Assembly (NCBI RefSeq): GCF_004010195.1 | Contig: NC_057749.1 | Coordinates: 5,923,344 to 5,987,343 of the forward strand | DNA from: Chiloscyllium plagiosum | Taxonomy: Eukaryota | DNA: 64,000 nt | Reading direction: 5' to 3' | The notes under the pieces: model-generated | Database searches by the model: none | The model's input: the letters and a program-made list of their open reading frames with translations, nothing else | What the model was told of the DNA's origin: nothing | In this document: positions 48,415-58,814 of the stretch, one piece after another | Layout of the letters: each line of letters opens with the position of its first letter | Position numbering within the stretch: position 1 is the stretch's first letter | Translations under genes and position numbers: made by a program

Positions 48415-48892
48415 GGGCAGCACATTGGCTCAGTGGTTACCATTGCTGCCTCACAGGGGCAGGGAGATGCTTTCGATTCCACCATCAGGTGACTGCTTTT
48501 GTGGAGTTTACACGTTCTCTCCGTGTCTGCGTGGGTTTTCTCCAGGCGCTCCGGTTTCCTCCCACACTCCAAACATGTGCAGGTCAGGTGGATTGGCTGT
48601 AGGAAATGAAGGGTCACAGGAACTGGTTGGGGTGCTCCTGAGAGGGCCAGTGTGGACTCAATGGGCTGAATGACCTGCTTCCACACTGTAGGGATTCATA
48701 GAATTATAGAATACCTACGTAGTGGGAACAGGCCATTTGGCCCAATAAGTCTATACCAACCCTCTGAAGAGTAAACTTCCCAGAACCATTCTGCTATCCT
48801 ATTACTCTGCATTTACCCATGACTACACATCCCTGAACACTATGGACATTTTATCTTGGCCAATTCACCTAACCTACACATCTTTGGATTGC
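48415..48892. mobile_element. Two HE1-like SINEs tail-to-tail (+ 48415-48698, - 48699-48892)
   Basis: cacactgtagggattc directly followed by atagaattatagaatacc...gaacaggccatttggccc. Confidence 0.85.
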
Positions 48893-49467
48893 GCATTTTT
48901 ATTACCCTTTTTTATGGTAATCTTTGGAATGTAGTCACTGTTATAATTTAGGAAACCCTGCAATAAGTTTGCACAGAGCAAGGTGGCACATATGAAATAA
49001 TGCCTAGTTAATCTGATTTAGCATTGTTGGTCGAGGGGTAAATGTAGACCAGGATAATGAGGAGAACTCTCACTCTTGTAAAAATACTGTGGTATCTTGC
49101 TCATTGACCTGAAAGAGGGTCGGTTAGCTCAGTTGGCTGATTTGTAATGCAACGTGACACCAACAGCAGGATTTGATTCTCACACTGCCTGAGGATATGG
49201 TGAAGATCTCACTTTCTCCACCATTTTCTTCACCTGAGGCATGGTGATCCTTGAGTTAAACCACCACCAGCTGTGTCTTGCTCTCTAATGAGAGGGCGGG
49301 ACAATGGCTGCTTTATCTATTCATCTGAAAGAGGGTTTGGGCTTAGGTTTAGTCTCTTACCTGACAGGAAAACCTGCCCTCAGTACTCAGAATTTTGCCT
49401 TTGATATTGTACTCCGGTCTGATAGCTGGTTGAGATGGATCAATATTATTGCACCAAAACATAAGCT

Positions 49468-49659
49468 AGGAGAAAGTGAGGAGTGCAGATGCTGGAGATC
49501 AGAGTCGAGAGTGTGGTGCTGGAAAAGCACAGCAGATCAGGCAGCATCCAAGGAGCAGGAGAATCGACATCCGGATGAAGGGCTTACACCCGAAACATTG
49601 ATTCTTCTGCTCCTCAGCTGCTGCCTGATCTGCTGTGCTTTACCAGCACCACACTCTTG
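49468..49659. mobile_element. PLE family A palindromic element (degenerate core)
   Basis: Inverted arms; flanks accaaaacataag / accaaaatatagg. Confidence 0.82.
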
Positions 49660-50294
49660 ACCAAAATATAGGATCAGGGTTAGCCGAGTAGGGATAATAT
49701 TCCCAAACATCATATGTGTGATGAGGTAGAGGTCCAACTGACAACAGGGACCTCTTGTTGATCCCTGCCTCAAGTCCTGAGCATGGGGTTGTTTGTATAA
49801 AGGTGGGTCTCTGACCTTGAGACCAGGAGGATATGAAAAGTGACTTCAGAGAAGCATGTGCGGAAGCTGGAAGTGGGGGACGAAGGGAGTAGTGTGAGGT
49901 GAATGGGTGGGGCTGCTGAATTCAATTGCAAGAGCTGTCCCTTTAAGATTGTTGAACTCAGTCCACACCAGGATCAAATCGTGCCTCCCTTCTTCGCACA
50001 GAATATGGAAGCTGCCAGTTTAGGATATCTGCTAAAATGCCCACACATCGATCTGAAGAGAAGCTGAGAGGTGTCCTGCTAACACCTCCACCCTCCTCCA
50101 ACATTATGGAAAGAGTATTCGGTAATTCTCTGTTTAACCGAATACTGCCACCTTCCACCCAAATGAAAAGAAAAAAGCAGATAGAAATTCAGATGCTTGA
50201 GAAGGGAGAAAAAAGGTTAAGTAGGAAAGAAGAGGAGAAGATAAGATGCAATAGAGATGCATGATTCAGCAGTATTAAACCATCAGAGACATGA

Positions 50295-50685
50295 ACAGGG
50301 TGGGGCTATTTTCCCTGGAGCTTCGGAGGCTGAGAGGTGACCTTATGGAGGTTTATAAATTCATGAGGGGCATGGACAGGGTAAATAGTTTTCCCTAGGG
50401 TAGGGGAGTCCAAAACCAGAGGTTTAAAGTGAGAGGGGGAAAGGGACCTAAGGAGCAACATTTTCAAGCAGGGGGTGGGTGTGTGTATGGAATGAGCTGC
50501 CAGTGGAAATGATGGAGGCTGGTACAATTATAGCATTAAGAATGCAACTGGATGGATATATGAATAAGAAGGGTTTAGAGAGATATAGGCCAAAAGCTGG
50601 CAAATGGGACTAGATTAATTTAGGATATCAAGTTGGCATGGCCAAGTTGGATCAAAGAGTCTGTCCCTGTGCTGTACATCTCTAT
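50295..50685 (+). mobile_element. CR1 LINE 3' end
   Basis: ggggctattttccctggag...gtgctgtacatctctat. Confidence 0.88.
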
Positions 50686-50856
50686 AAAGCTACATTTCCC
50701 AAAAGTACTATGGCTATAACAGGAAATCAGAGGATGGGATATCTTCAGTGAGAAACTCATCTCCCCTACCCCTAGAGCTTGTTCACTACCAACAAGGCAC
50801 AATTGAAGGATTGTGGAAGAATACTGGCAACTTTCCTGGATGGGTGCAACTCTGTT

Positions 50857-51155
50857 TAGATTAGATTCCCTACAGTGTGGCAACAGGCCCTTCGGCCCAA
50901 CAAGTCCACACCAACCCTCCGAAGAGTAACCCACCCAGACCCATTTCCCTCTGACTAATGCACCTAACACTATGGGCAATTTGGCACGGCCAATTCACCC
51001 GACCTGCACATCTTTGGACTGTGGGAGGAAACCGGAGAACCCGGAAGAAACCCACGCAGACATGGGGAGAATGTGCAAACTCCACACAGATAGTCGCCCT
51101 GGAATTGAACCTGGGTCCCTGGTGCTGATAGGCAGCAGTGCTAACCACTGAGCCG
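50857..51155 (-). mobile_element. HE1-like V-SINE inside an old LINE (50720-51570)
   Basis: ttagattagattccctacagtgtgg...ctaaccactgagcc. Confidence 0.92.
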
Positions 51156-52025
51156 AAGATCGACATCATCCAGGATGGCCCACTCACTCTCTCCGTCATC
51201 AGTGCACAGTGACAGTGCTGAGTACCACTTACGAGTTGCAATGCAAGAACTCACCAAGGCTTCTGACTAACATCTTTCAAACCTGCGACCTCGACCCCCT
51301 GGAAAGACAAGGTCTGCAGATGCATGGGAGCACTAACACCAGCCAACTCCCCTCCAACCACACCCCATGCTGACTTGGAACAGTGTCAGTGCTGTTGCTG
51401 AGTCAATCTTCTACACCTCCCTTTCTCACAATGTTATAGGTAAACTGCACCACATGGACTGCAGCAGTTCAAGAGGTGACTCACCAACAGCATCTCAAAA
51501 ATGATCTCAGGATGGATGAAAACCATCCTGGCTTAGCTGTCGATATTCACTTCCCACGTTAGAATTAAAAAACTAATTTCACTGAGATTGTTTGCCCACT
51601 AAACAATAGCAAATACACTTCATGACTACTTTACTGATTGTCAGGCACTTTGGTGAGAGTTCTGATGACATGATGGTGAATGTAAGTATCTTTCTTGCAT
51701 AATTATATGGCTCAACTGCATGCTAACTAAATTGCTAAAGGCTCTCTCACACAATCCGGGTGTACACTTTATAACTACTTGACAAGGTGGAGGAGGCTAT
51801 TTTCCAAAATATTTATGGTGCTGCAAATGTCTTCGGCATTTTGATTTCTTGTAGAACATAAAGGCTTTGTGCCAGCGCTGTTGGATAAAAATTCATTCAT
51901 TTACAAAGTGTGCACTCATCATTAATTACAGACACCCCCAAGGTATGATTTCACAGGTTCGCTTCACCCTCTGCTTTACATGAAACAAGGACAGTGTCTT
52001 CAGAAACAAACAAGTTAACAATGAT

Positions 52026-52335
52026 TTAGATTAGATTAGATTACATTATAGCGTGGAAACAGGCCCTTCGGCCCAACAAGTCCACACCAACCCGCCACCC
52101 ACCCATACCCCTACATTTACCCCTAACCTAACACTACGGGCAATTTAGCATGGCCAATTCGCCTGACCTGCACATCTTTGGACTGTGGGAGGAAACCGGA
52201 GCACCCGGAGGAAACCCACACAGACACGGGGAGAATGTGCAAACTCCACACAGTCAGTCGCCTGAGGCGCGAATTGAACCCAGGTCTCAGGCGCTGTGAG
52301 GCAGCAGTGCTAACCACTGTGCCACCATGCCGCCC
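52026..52335 (-). mobile_element. HE1-like V-SINE
   Basis: (TTAGA)n tail, core and head. Confidence 0.92.
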
Positions 52336-52377
52336 ATGGTGCTGCATGAAGATGCTTGTTATTTGTGGAGGGAGATG

Positions 52378-52583
52378 CAGTCGGTTCTGCTATTATGCAG
52401 TAGTTCCATTCCCGTGCAAAACCATGTTATAAGAAAATTGTGTAATCGTAGCACCATTTAAACTAATGGGGCCGGAATCACATCCTAACCAATACATGCT
52501 TTAAAAGTTTGCACTTTAGAAACAGTTAATCGTGTTATAGTGAATTTACATTAACAAAACACGTGTTATAGCAGAACAACCTG
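52378..52583. mobile_element. Tc1/mariner-type MITE (family M1-related)
   Basis: CAGTCGGTTCTGCTATT...TTATAGCAGAACAACCTG-TA. Confidence 0.75.
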
Positions 52584-52644
52584 TACAAGAGGAGGCTTAG
52601 ATATATAAAGTACCTTTCTCAACCTCAGGATGTTCTGTCAATGG

Positions 52645-53118
52645 GCTTATAAAATCATGAAGGGCATGGAGAGGGTGAATAGCCAAGGTCTGTTGCATAG
52701 GGCAGGGGAAGTCCAAATCTAGAGATCACAGGTTTAAGGTGAGAGGGGAAGGATTTAAAAGGGGCCTGATACCTTTTGCACACAGAGGGTGGTGTGTGCA
52801 TGGAATGAGTTTCCAGAGGAAGTGGTGGTGCAATAATAATATTTAAATGAATAGGAAGAGTTCAGACCTGATGAAGAGTCTTCTAGACTTGAAACATAAG
52901 CATGCTTTTGCTCCACGGGTGATGTCTGACCTGTTGTGATCTCCAGCACTTTCTGTTTTCAGTTCGGATTCCAACATCTGCAGTAATTTGCTCCAACAGA
53001 GTTTAAAGGGATATGGGCCAAATGCTGGCAAATGGCACTAGGTTAATTTGAGGTGTCTGGTCAGCATGGACTGGTTGGACTGAAGGGTCTGTTGCCATGC
53101 TGTATAACTATGACTCTA
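52645..53118 (+). mobile_element. CR1 3' end with a PLE family D insertion (about 52863-52996)
   Basis: Insert carries CTGATGA(52868)-A-GAGTC TTCTA GACTT-GAAACATA; agagtt on both flanks. Confidence 0.8.
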
Positions 53119-53544
53119 AGTACTTTAGAAGCACAGTGACAGTTGTAACCCTAATGCAATTTGTGTTCTAGAGGTATGATAATATCCAGGTTGGTTAGCA
53201 ATGATCTAAACTACCACAAACAAAGTGATAATGATGGGATAATTTGTCTTGGTAATGTTAATGAAGTGATAAAGTGTGGCTAAGTCTCTGGGGAAAATAA
53301 CCCTCCCCACATTTTCAAAAATATTGCCAAGGAATCTTTCCATTCTTTGAAAGAGCCTTCACTTCATGAGTCACCTGGAAATCAGTAGCTCTGACTATTG
53401 TTCTCACTCAGTACCACATTTCAGCATTAACTTGGGTCTTGTTTTGAAGTGCTCAGAGTGGATTTGAAGACACAACTTTTTGTTTAATGATACTGACAAA
53501 ATTGTTGCCCTGCCTTAGGTTTTCCATTTTCAGTTTGACGCTTA

Positions 53545-53763
53545 CAGTCAGTTCTTCTATAACACCATGATTAAGTTCTTGTTCAATCCTGTATTGAAGA
53601 AAAATCACACATTAGAAACAGTGTTTAAAGTGTTGGTGCTGTAATCATGTTATAGCCAACACATGTTTAAAAGTTTGTGCTTTACAACCAGTGTTCCCCA
53701 ATTCATCGATCGTATTACTGCGAAATTGTGTTGACGAAACGCAGGTTAAGACAGAACATCCTG
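53545..53763. mobile_element. Tc1/mariner-type MITE (family M1)
   Basis: TA-CAGTCAGTTCTTCTATAAC...CAGAACATCCTG-TA. Confidence 0.8.
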
Positions 53764-54829
53764 TATTTAATTTCAAGAGGAAATCCTTGCCAAGGCTCTT
53801 TGAATCATTGCACCTTTCGAGCTCACAACCTCTGCCACCCAGGTGGGCAAGGTGCAGCAGATGCATGGGAACACCACCACTTGCAAGTTCGCAACCAAGC
53901 CACGCACCGTCCTGACTGGGAAATATATCACTGTCTCTTCACTGTCACTGGATCCAATTCTTGGAACTTGCTCCCAAACAGCGCAGGGGGTGTACCTACA
54001 TCCTGGGGACTGCTGGCCTTCAAGAAGGTGGCTCACCATTGCCTCCGAAAGGACTGTTTAGGATAGGCAATGGCTGTTAGCCATGAAGAAAATTCAAGGA
54101 TTGTTGATGCCCAAATGGAAAGCACTGACTATGGAGTGTGAATGTTGCTGTGATTCCTTTTCATAAAGTCCATGTTGCTTTATGTACTTGCACACATTAG
54201 CAACAAAATGCTTTTTGTCCGAGGATAGTGTTCCTTTAAAACCACCTCCAACCTTAATTCTGCACAGCGAGAAGAACATTACACAAACCATTGGCATTAT
54301 CTTCTGAAGCCCATGGAGGTGCAAATGAAGAACTGAGCTTTGCAGATTTTTAATATTGCAATGTCCCCATTCCATTGACTAGCTGTGAAAATAACCTGCA
54401 CCATATTACACTGATAAGAAGTCTGTTTGATTTCCCCCCTACTGACTGCTCAATCATGCATCAATCGCTCTGTGATGGTTACCACGGGAGACTGTACTAA
54501 AGGTCCAATGATAACGATAATTGTACTAAAGGTGCAATGGATGGCTGAATTGAAGCATACTTTTGCACTGACACTTCATGTGAATTGGAATAGCTTGTGT
54601 TGGATGATGGCAGTGTGTTAAATGAGGCTGGCAATGGCCTTTATCATTTGGACATGGTTGGAATTGGCAGATAGTCCAAGTGCTTGATGCATTTAAAAGA
54701 GGATTGAGTTGGAATGAAGGATGAGTGGAATCCTGGTGACATTGTGATTACCAACCCACTTATTGATTTTGGGCATGAATAAGGATATGTATATTTCAAA
54801 TGTACATAATGAGCCATGTGTTGCAGTGT

Positions 54830-55100
54830 TTAGATTAGATTAGATTCTCTACAGCGTGGAAACAGGTCCTTCGGCCCAACAAGTCCACTCTGACCCTCCG
54901 AAGAGTAACTACCCAGACCCATTTACCCCTGACTAATGTACCTAACACTATGAGCAATTTAGCATGGCCAATTCACCTGGAGCACCCTGGGGAAACCCAT
55001 GCAGACACGGGGAGAATGTGCAAACTCCACACAGAGGCTGGAATTGAACCTGGGACCCTGGCACTGTGAGGCAGCAATGCTAACCACTGAGCCCACCGTG
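54830..55100 (-). mobile_element. HE1-like V-SINE
   Basis: (TTAGA)n tail, core and head. Confidence 0.9.
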
Positions 55101-55204
55101 TTCAGGGGGTTCAGGTGATGACCCCCAGAATGTAAGGCAGTTGTCCTATAGTTTGCAATTGTTTTTACAAGTGACCAGTTCTCTGCGAACAACAGGAAGC
55201 TGCA

Positions 55205-55422
55205 GAGGATGGTATGTGTATGGAATGAGCTGCCAGAGGAATTGGTGGAGGCTGGTTCAATTGCAACATTTAAAAGGCATCTGGATGGGTATATGAACAG
55301 GAAGGGTTTGGAGGGATATGAGCTGGGTGCTGGCAGGTGGGACTAATTTGGGTTGGGATATCTGGTTGGCATGGACCGGAGGGTCAGTTTCTGTGCTGTA
55401 CGTCTCTATAACTTTATGACTC
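55205..55422 (+). mobile_element. CR1 3' end
   Basis: tggaatgagctgccagagga...tatgactct. Confidence 0.88.
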
Positions 55423-55585
55423 TCTGCTCAAGCCTTGTGCCTTTTTTGCATTATCCGAGAGCCTGGCTCTCCTTTAATTTCCCATTTCTTTCTCCATGAT
55501 AATTCTCTGGCCAATGAAAATCAACTTGGCAACCAATCCACAACCTATTCTCCTATTAAATCAATTGTGAGCATGCTAAATTTCA

Positions 55586-55589
<4 letters not shown>

Positions 55590-55618
<29 letters not shown>
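55590..55618. repeat. (TG)n microsatellite
   Basis: About 14 perfect TG units. Confidence 0.95.
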
Positions 55619-55619
<1 letters not shown>

Positions 55620-55816
55620 CTAAACAAAAAGCTTTAGCAATAAATATCTCTCCTCATTGAAAAATGCTTTTATTTTTACAGAAAAGTGATAAGCACACTT
55701 GTTGATTCAATAATGGACTATTCAGATCCTGCATCCTGTGCGGGAAAAATTCCTAACTTCCCACACACCAGAGGACAATGTCTCTCCAATAGATCCTGGC
55801 TGAATTGCTCAGTCCA

Positions 55817-56055
55817 TGATTTGGAGATGCCGGTGTTGGACTGGGGTGGACAAAGTTAAAAATCACTCAACACCAGGTTATAGTCCAACAGGTTTAATTG
55901 GAAGCACACTAGCTTTCGGAGCGACGCTCCTTCATCAGGTGGTTGTGGACACTATCACCTGATGAAGGAGCAGCGCTCCGAAAGCTAGTGTGCTTCCAAT
56001 TAAACCTGTTGGACTATTACCTGGTATTGTGTGATTTTTAACTTTGTTCAGTCCA
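55817..56055. mobile_element. PLE family C palindromic element with two intact minimal hammerhead motifs
   Basis: + cac-CTGATGA-A-GGAGC AGC GCTCC-GAAA-GC-TA-gtg (55956-55990); minus cac-CTGATGA-A-GGAGC GTC GCTCC-GAAA-GC-TA-gtg (55907-55941). Confidence 0.85.
55956..55990 (+). ncRNA. Putative minimal type I hammerhead ribozyme motif
   Basis: Full core CUGAUGA/GAAA/UH, 5-bp stem II, 3-bp stem I, palindromic AGCU in place of stem III; activity untested. Confidence 0.65.
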
Positions 56056-56442
56056 GTGTGAAAACAAGAAATTTCAAAGGTGACTTCCACTTCAAACATT
56101 CTTACTTGCCTCAATGGAATGTAAACAAACAAAGTTAACACTGTATCACAAAAGGAAATAACAGCTGACCAAACATGAATTGAAAGGGGTGAGTATTGAA
56201 GGACTATTTTAAAAGGTGAATCAGAGCAGCTGAGAAGTTTAGCAAGGGAATTCCACAGCCGAGCCAACTGAAAGCACAGACACCAAGTGTTGCAGTGGTC
56301 TGGAAAATCCAAGGAATTTGTCACTGTGATCCAAAATTGGCTACGATAGTTGTGAGGAATGAGGAAAACTTCAGGTTTGTTCTGGGGATGATGATTCCAC
56401 CACCACCACCTCCCCCCCACCCACCCCCACAGGGACCGTGTA

Positions 56443-56621
56443 CAGAGCAGCCTTGGTTATGCAAACAAGACTGGCGGGGGGGGGGGGATTTTGTTCGGAT
56501 AACTGAGTATTTAGATAACTGATTTTTAGGATAACGGATAGCATTTTTACAGGACCTTGAGATCTTGTTTGGATAATCCAAAATTTGGATAATTGATGTT
56601 CGGATAACTGGGGTTGTTCTG
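56443..56621. mobile_element. Tigger-like MITE
   Basis: TA-CAGAGCAGCCTTGGTTAT...ATAACTGGGGTTGTTCTG-TA; internal GGATAA repeats. Confidence 0.7.
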
Positions 56622-57189
56622 TATACGTTGGCTGCAACTTCACACCTACCAAATACAACCAGAAGCATGAGGATGGGGCACCGATCAGCAATTGCCCCAC
56701 CTCACATGCCCCAAGGCTGCCATCTTACAGTGACATCCCTTCCATGTTAAACCTGGCACCTGATGAAATCCTTAGTATCATATGTTACTTTGAGGAAGGA
56801 TACTTGAATCCCCTCTTTGTGAAGCTTTGCCCCTTTAAGATCACTCTCTACCTCTTCTAGTGCTAGTGCATTTCAGGAAATTTCCACTATTAATGTAAGG
56901 GATCTGCTTCGAGACTACCATGATCTTGGAAAAACATTGCCTCCAAGATTGAGGAAGATCTGTAGCCAGGCTATTTGCCACCAGAACTCAATCATCCGAA
57001 TGGGTAGGATTCCAAAGGGAATTATCGTATAGATTCCAAAGGGAATTATCAACTTGCAAATACCATGAAGAACCTTAAAATGTCTTGGCTTTCCTGTATC
57101 TCCCATTATTTTCCATTCTCTGCCTGAGAGTAATTATTCTCTGAAAATCAGCAAGTCATTGTGAGGTTTTTACTATGAACAGGATAAGT

Positions 57190-57525
57190 TTAGTGATTGT
57201 AACAAGGTCAGCCAGGCACACCTCATAGAACCAAAAACAGAAATTGCTGGAAAAGCTCAGCAGGTCTGGCAGCATCAGTGACTAGAAATCGGAGTTAACA
57301 CTTCGGGTCCGATGACCCTCAGAACTGGATCTCGTAGAAAATGAGTTTGCTCATTGGGTCTGTTAATCTGGTCCCATCATGGAGCCCTGGCTGACAGATA
57401 TAAACAAGAGTGTCAGAGGTTCTGTTTACCCTGCAAGCAGGCTCTGAGGGACCAAGACCAGTGTCAAGGACTCTCTAAGCGTCAATAAAGGGTGACTAGG
57501 TGATAGGATACTTGCCTCTGTGGAG
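57190..57525 (+). mobile_element. Solo-LTR-like element (family L1) with a PLE family D insertion (57231-57330)
   Basis: TATAAA and AATAAA; insert flanked by ctcatagaa 57222 / ctcgtagaa 57331. Confidence 0.62.
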
Positions 57526-58146
57526 GAAGACCTTGAATCTCCCTCATTCTGAAGAGGGATTTGAATGCTCTGCTATTGGTATCAATCTGATCCACACACT
57601 AGCCATCTCTTCAACTGAACTAACTGGGTCCCCACATATTACTTTGCAGCAATGATAGGGTTCACCAAAAGAAACAAAAGAGACTAATCCCACAATATTA
57701 ATAGTTCAACACGGATTAGCTTTTTCAATTGGAGGCCATGGTCATGGAAAATGGATAGTGAACTAAATTTTTATCTGATAAACCTTGTTGGGAGCAGAGT
57801 AAAAGGTGCTTCATCTGGGGTCTTACTATAACACTGAACACCGGAGATGAGAACCAGTCACATTTCCCAGCAGTGTAACAGATAGATAAAGGCTTGCTTC
57901 ATTGAAAGATCATCATGATGACAGGCCTCAATTGTGATTACAATACAAATAAAGCAAGTAACTGTAATTCATAATATCGTTATAGATAATTATTAAAATC
58001 CATAATGTGACATGAAAATAAATGATAAAATTAGTGTTGCGCAGTGTGAACATGCAGGCAAATAATTATAGCACATTTCAAAATGCGTGCCTGAATTTAC
58101 AGAATAAGATTGAAAGTTTTACTGACCTCTGCTTTTTGTATCCCAG

Positions 58147-58332
58147 ATGTGGAGATGCCGGTGTTGGACTGGGGTGGACAAATTCAGAAGTCACGTAACA
58201 CCAGGTTATAATCTGGCAGATCTTCTGAAATCACAAGCTTTCAGAGCCTAGCCCCTTCATCAGTTTGGTGAAGGAGCAGCACTCCAAAAGATTGCAATTT
58301 GAAAAAACCTGTTAGACTATAACCTGGTTTTG
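58147..58332. mobile_element. PLE family C palindromic element (degenerate)
   Basis: ggagatgccggtgttggactggggtggacaaa identical to the 55823 region; decayed cores. Confidence 0.75.
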
Positions 58333-58814
58333 TATTAAGGTCTATAGATCATGTATTTTCAGGTCAAACTCATTAAATTCACAATCAATTACATAAAATA
58401 GGAGTTTTATAAAGTAGGGGATTTTCACTGTCTGATAGTTGATTCGTTCTGTATTTTACATACACAATGGTGTCTTTTGTCCAAAATTCCATTGTAGATT
58501 GAGAGACTAGTTGAAGGTGGGATTCAACGGATTTCTAGTGAAGCCCAAATAAACATTCTGCACTGGTGCAAAAATCTGGAGCAGTGAGAAAGAAGTAATT
58601 AAAATATTTCCATTTCTGAGATTCCCAATAGAGTGGTGAAGGAAGACATTTTGGGTAATTTGATTTCATGGAATTCCTTATCAGCTCAAGTGTAGTAGGA
58701 CCTTTGTGCTGCCATGGTATTGTCACTACTTCTGGGCTGGGAGCCCTGGGCTCAAGTCCCACATACAGCAGAAGTATGTAAACGCAACTCTGAACAAGTT
58801 GTTTAGAAAGTATC

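Noticed and set aside
54094..54375. Minus ORF with KYIKQHGLY, reminiscent of an NMNAT C-terminus
   Set aside because: Short motif only; the surrounding residues do not fit and no other exons are present.
57008..57050. 19-bp direct repeat gattccaaagggaattatc
   Set aside because: Ordinary small tandem duplication.
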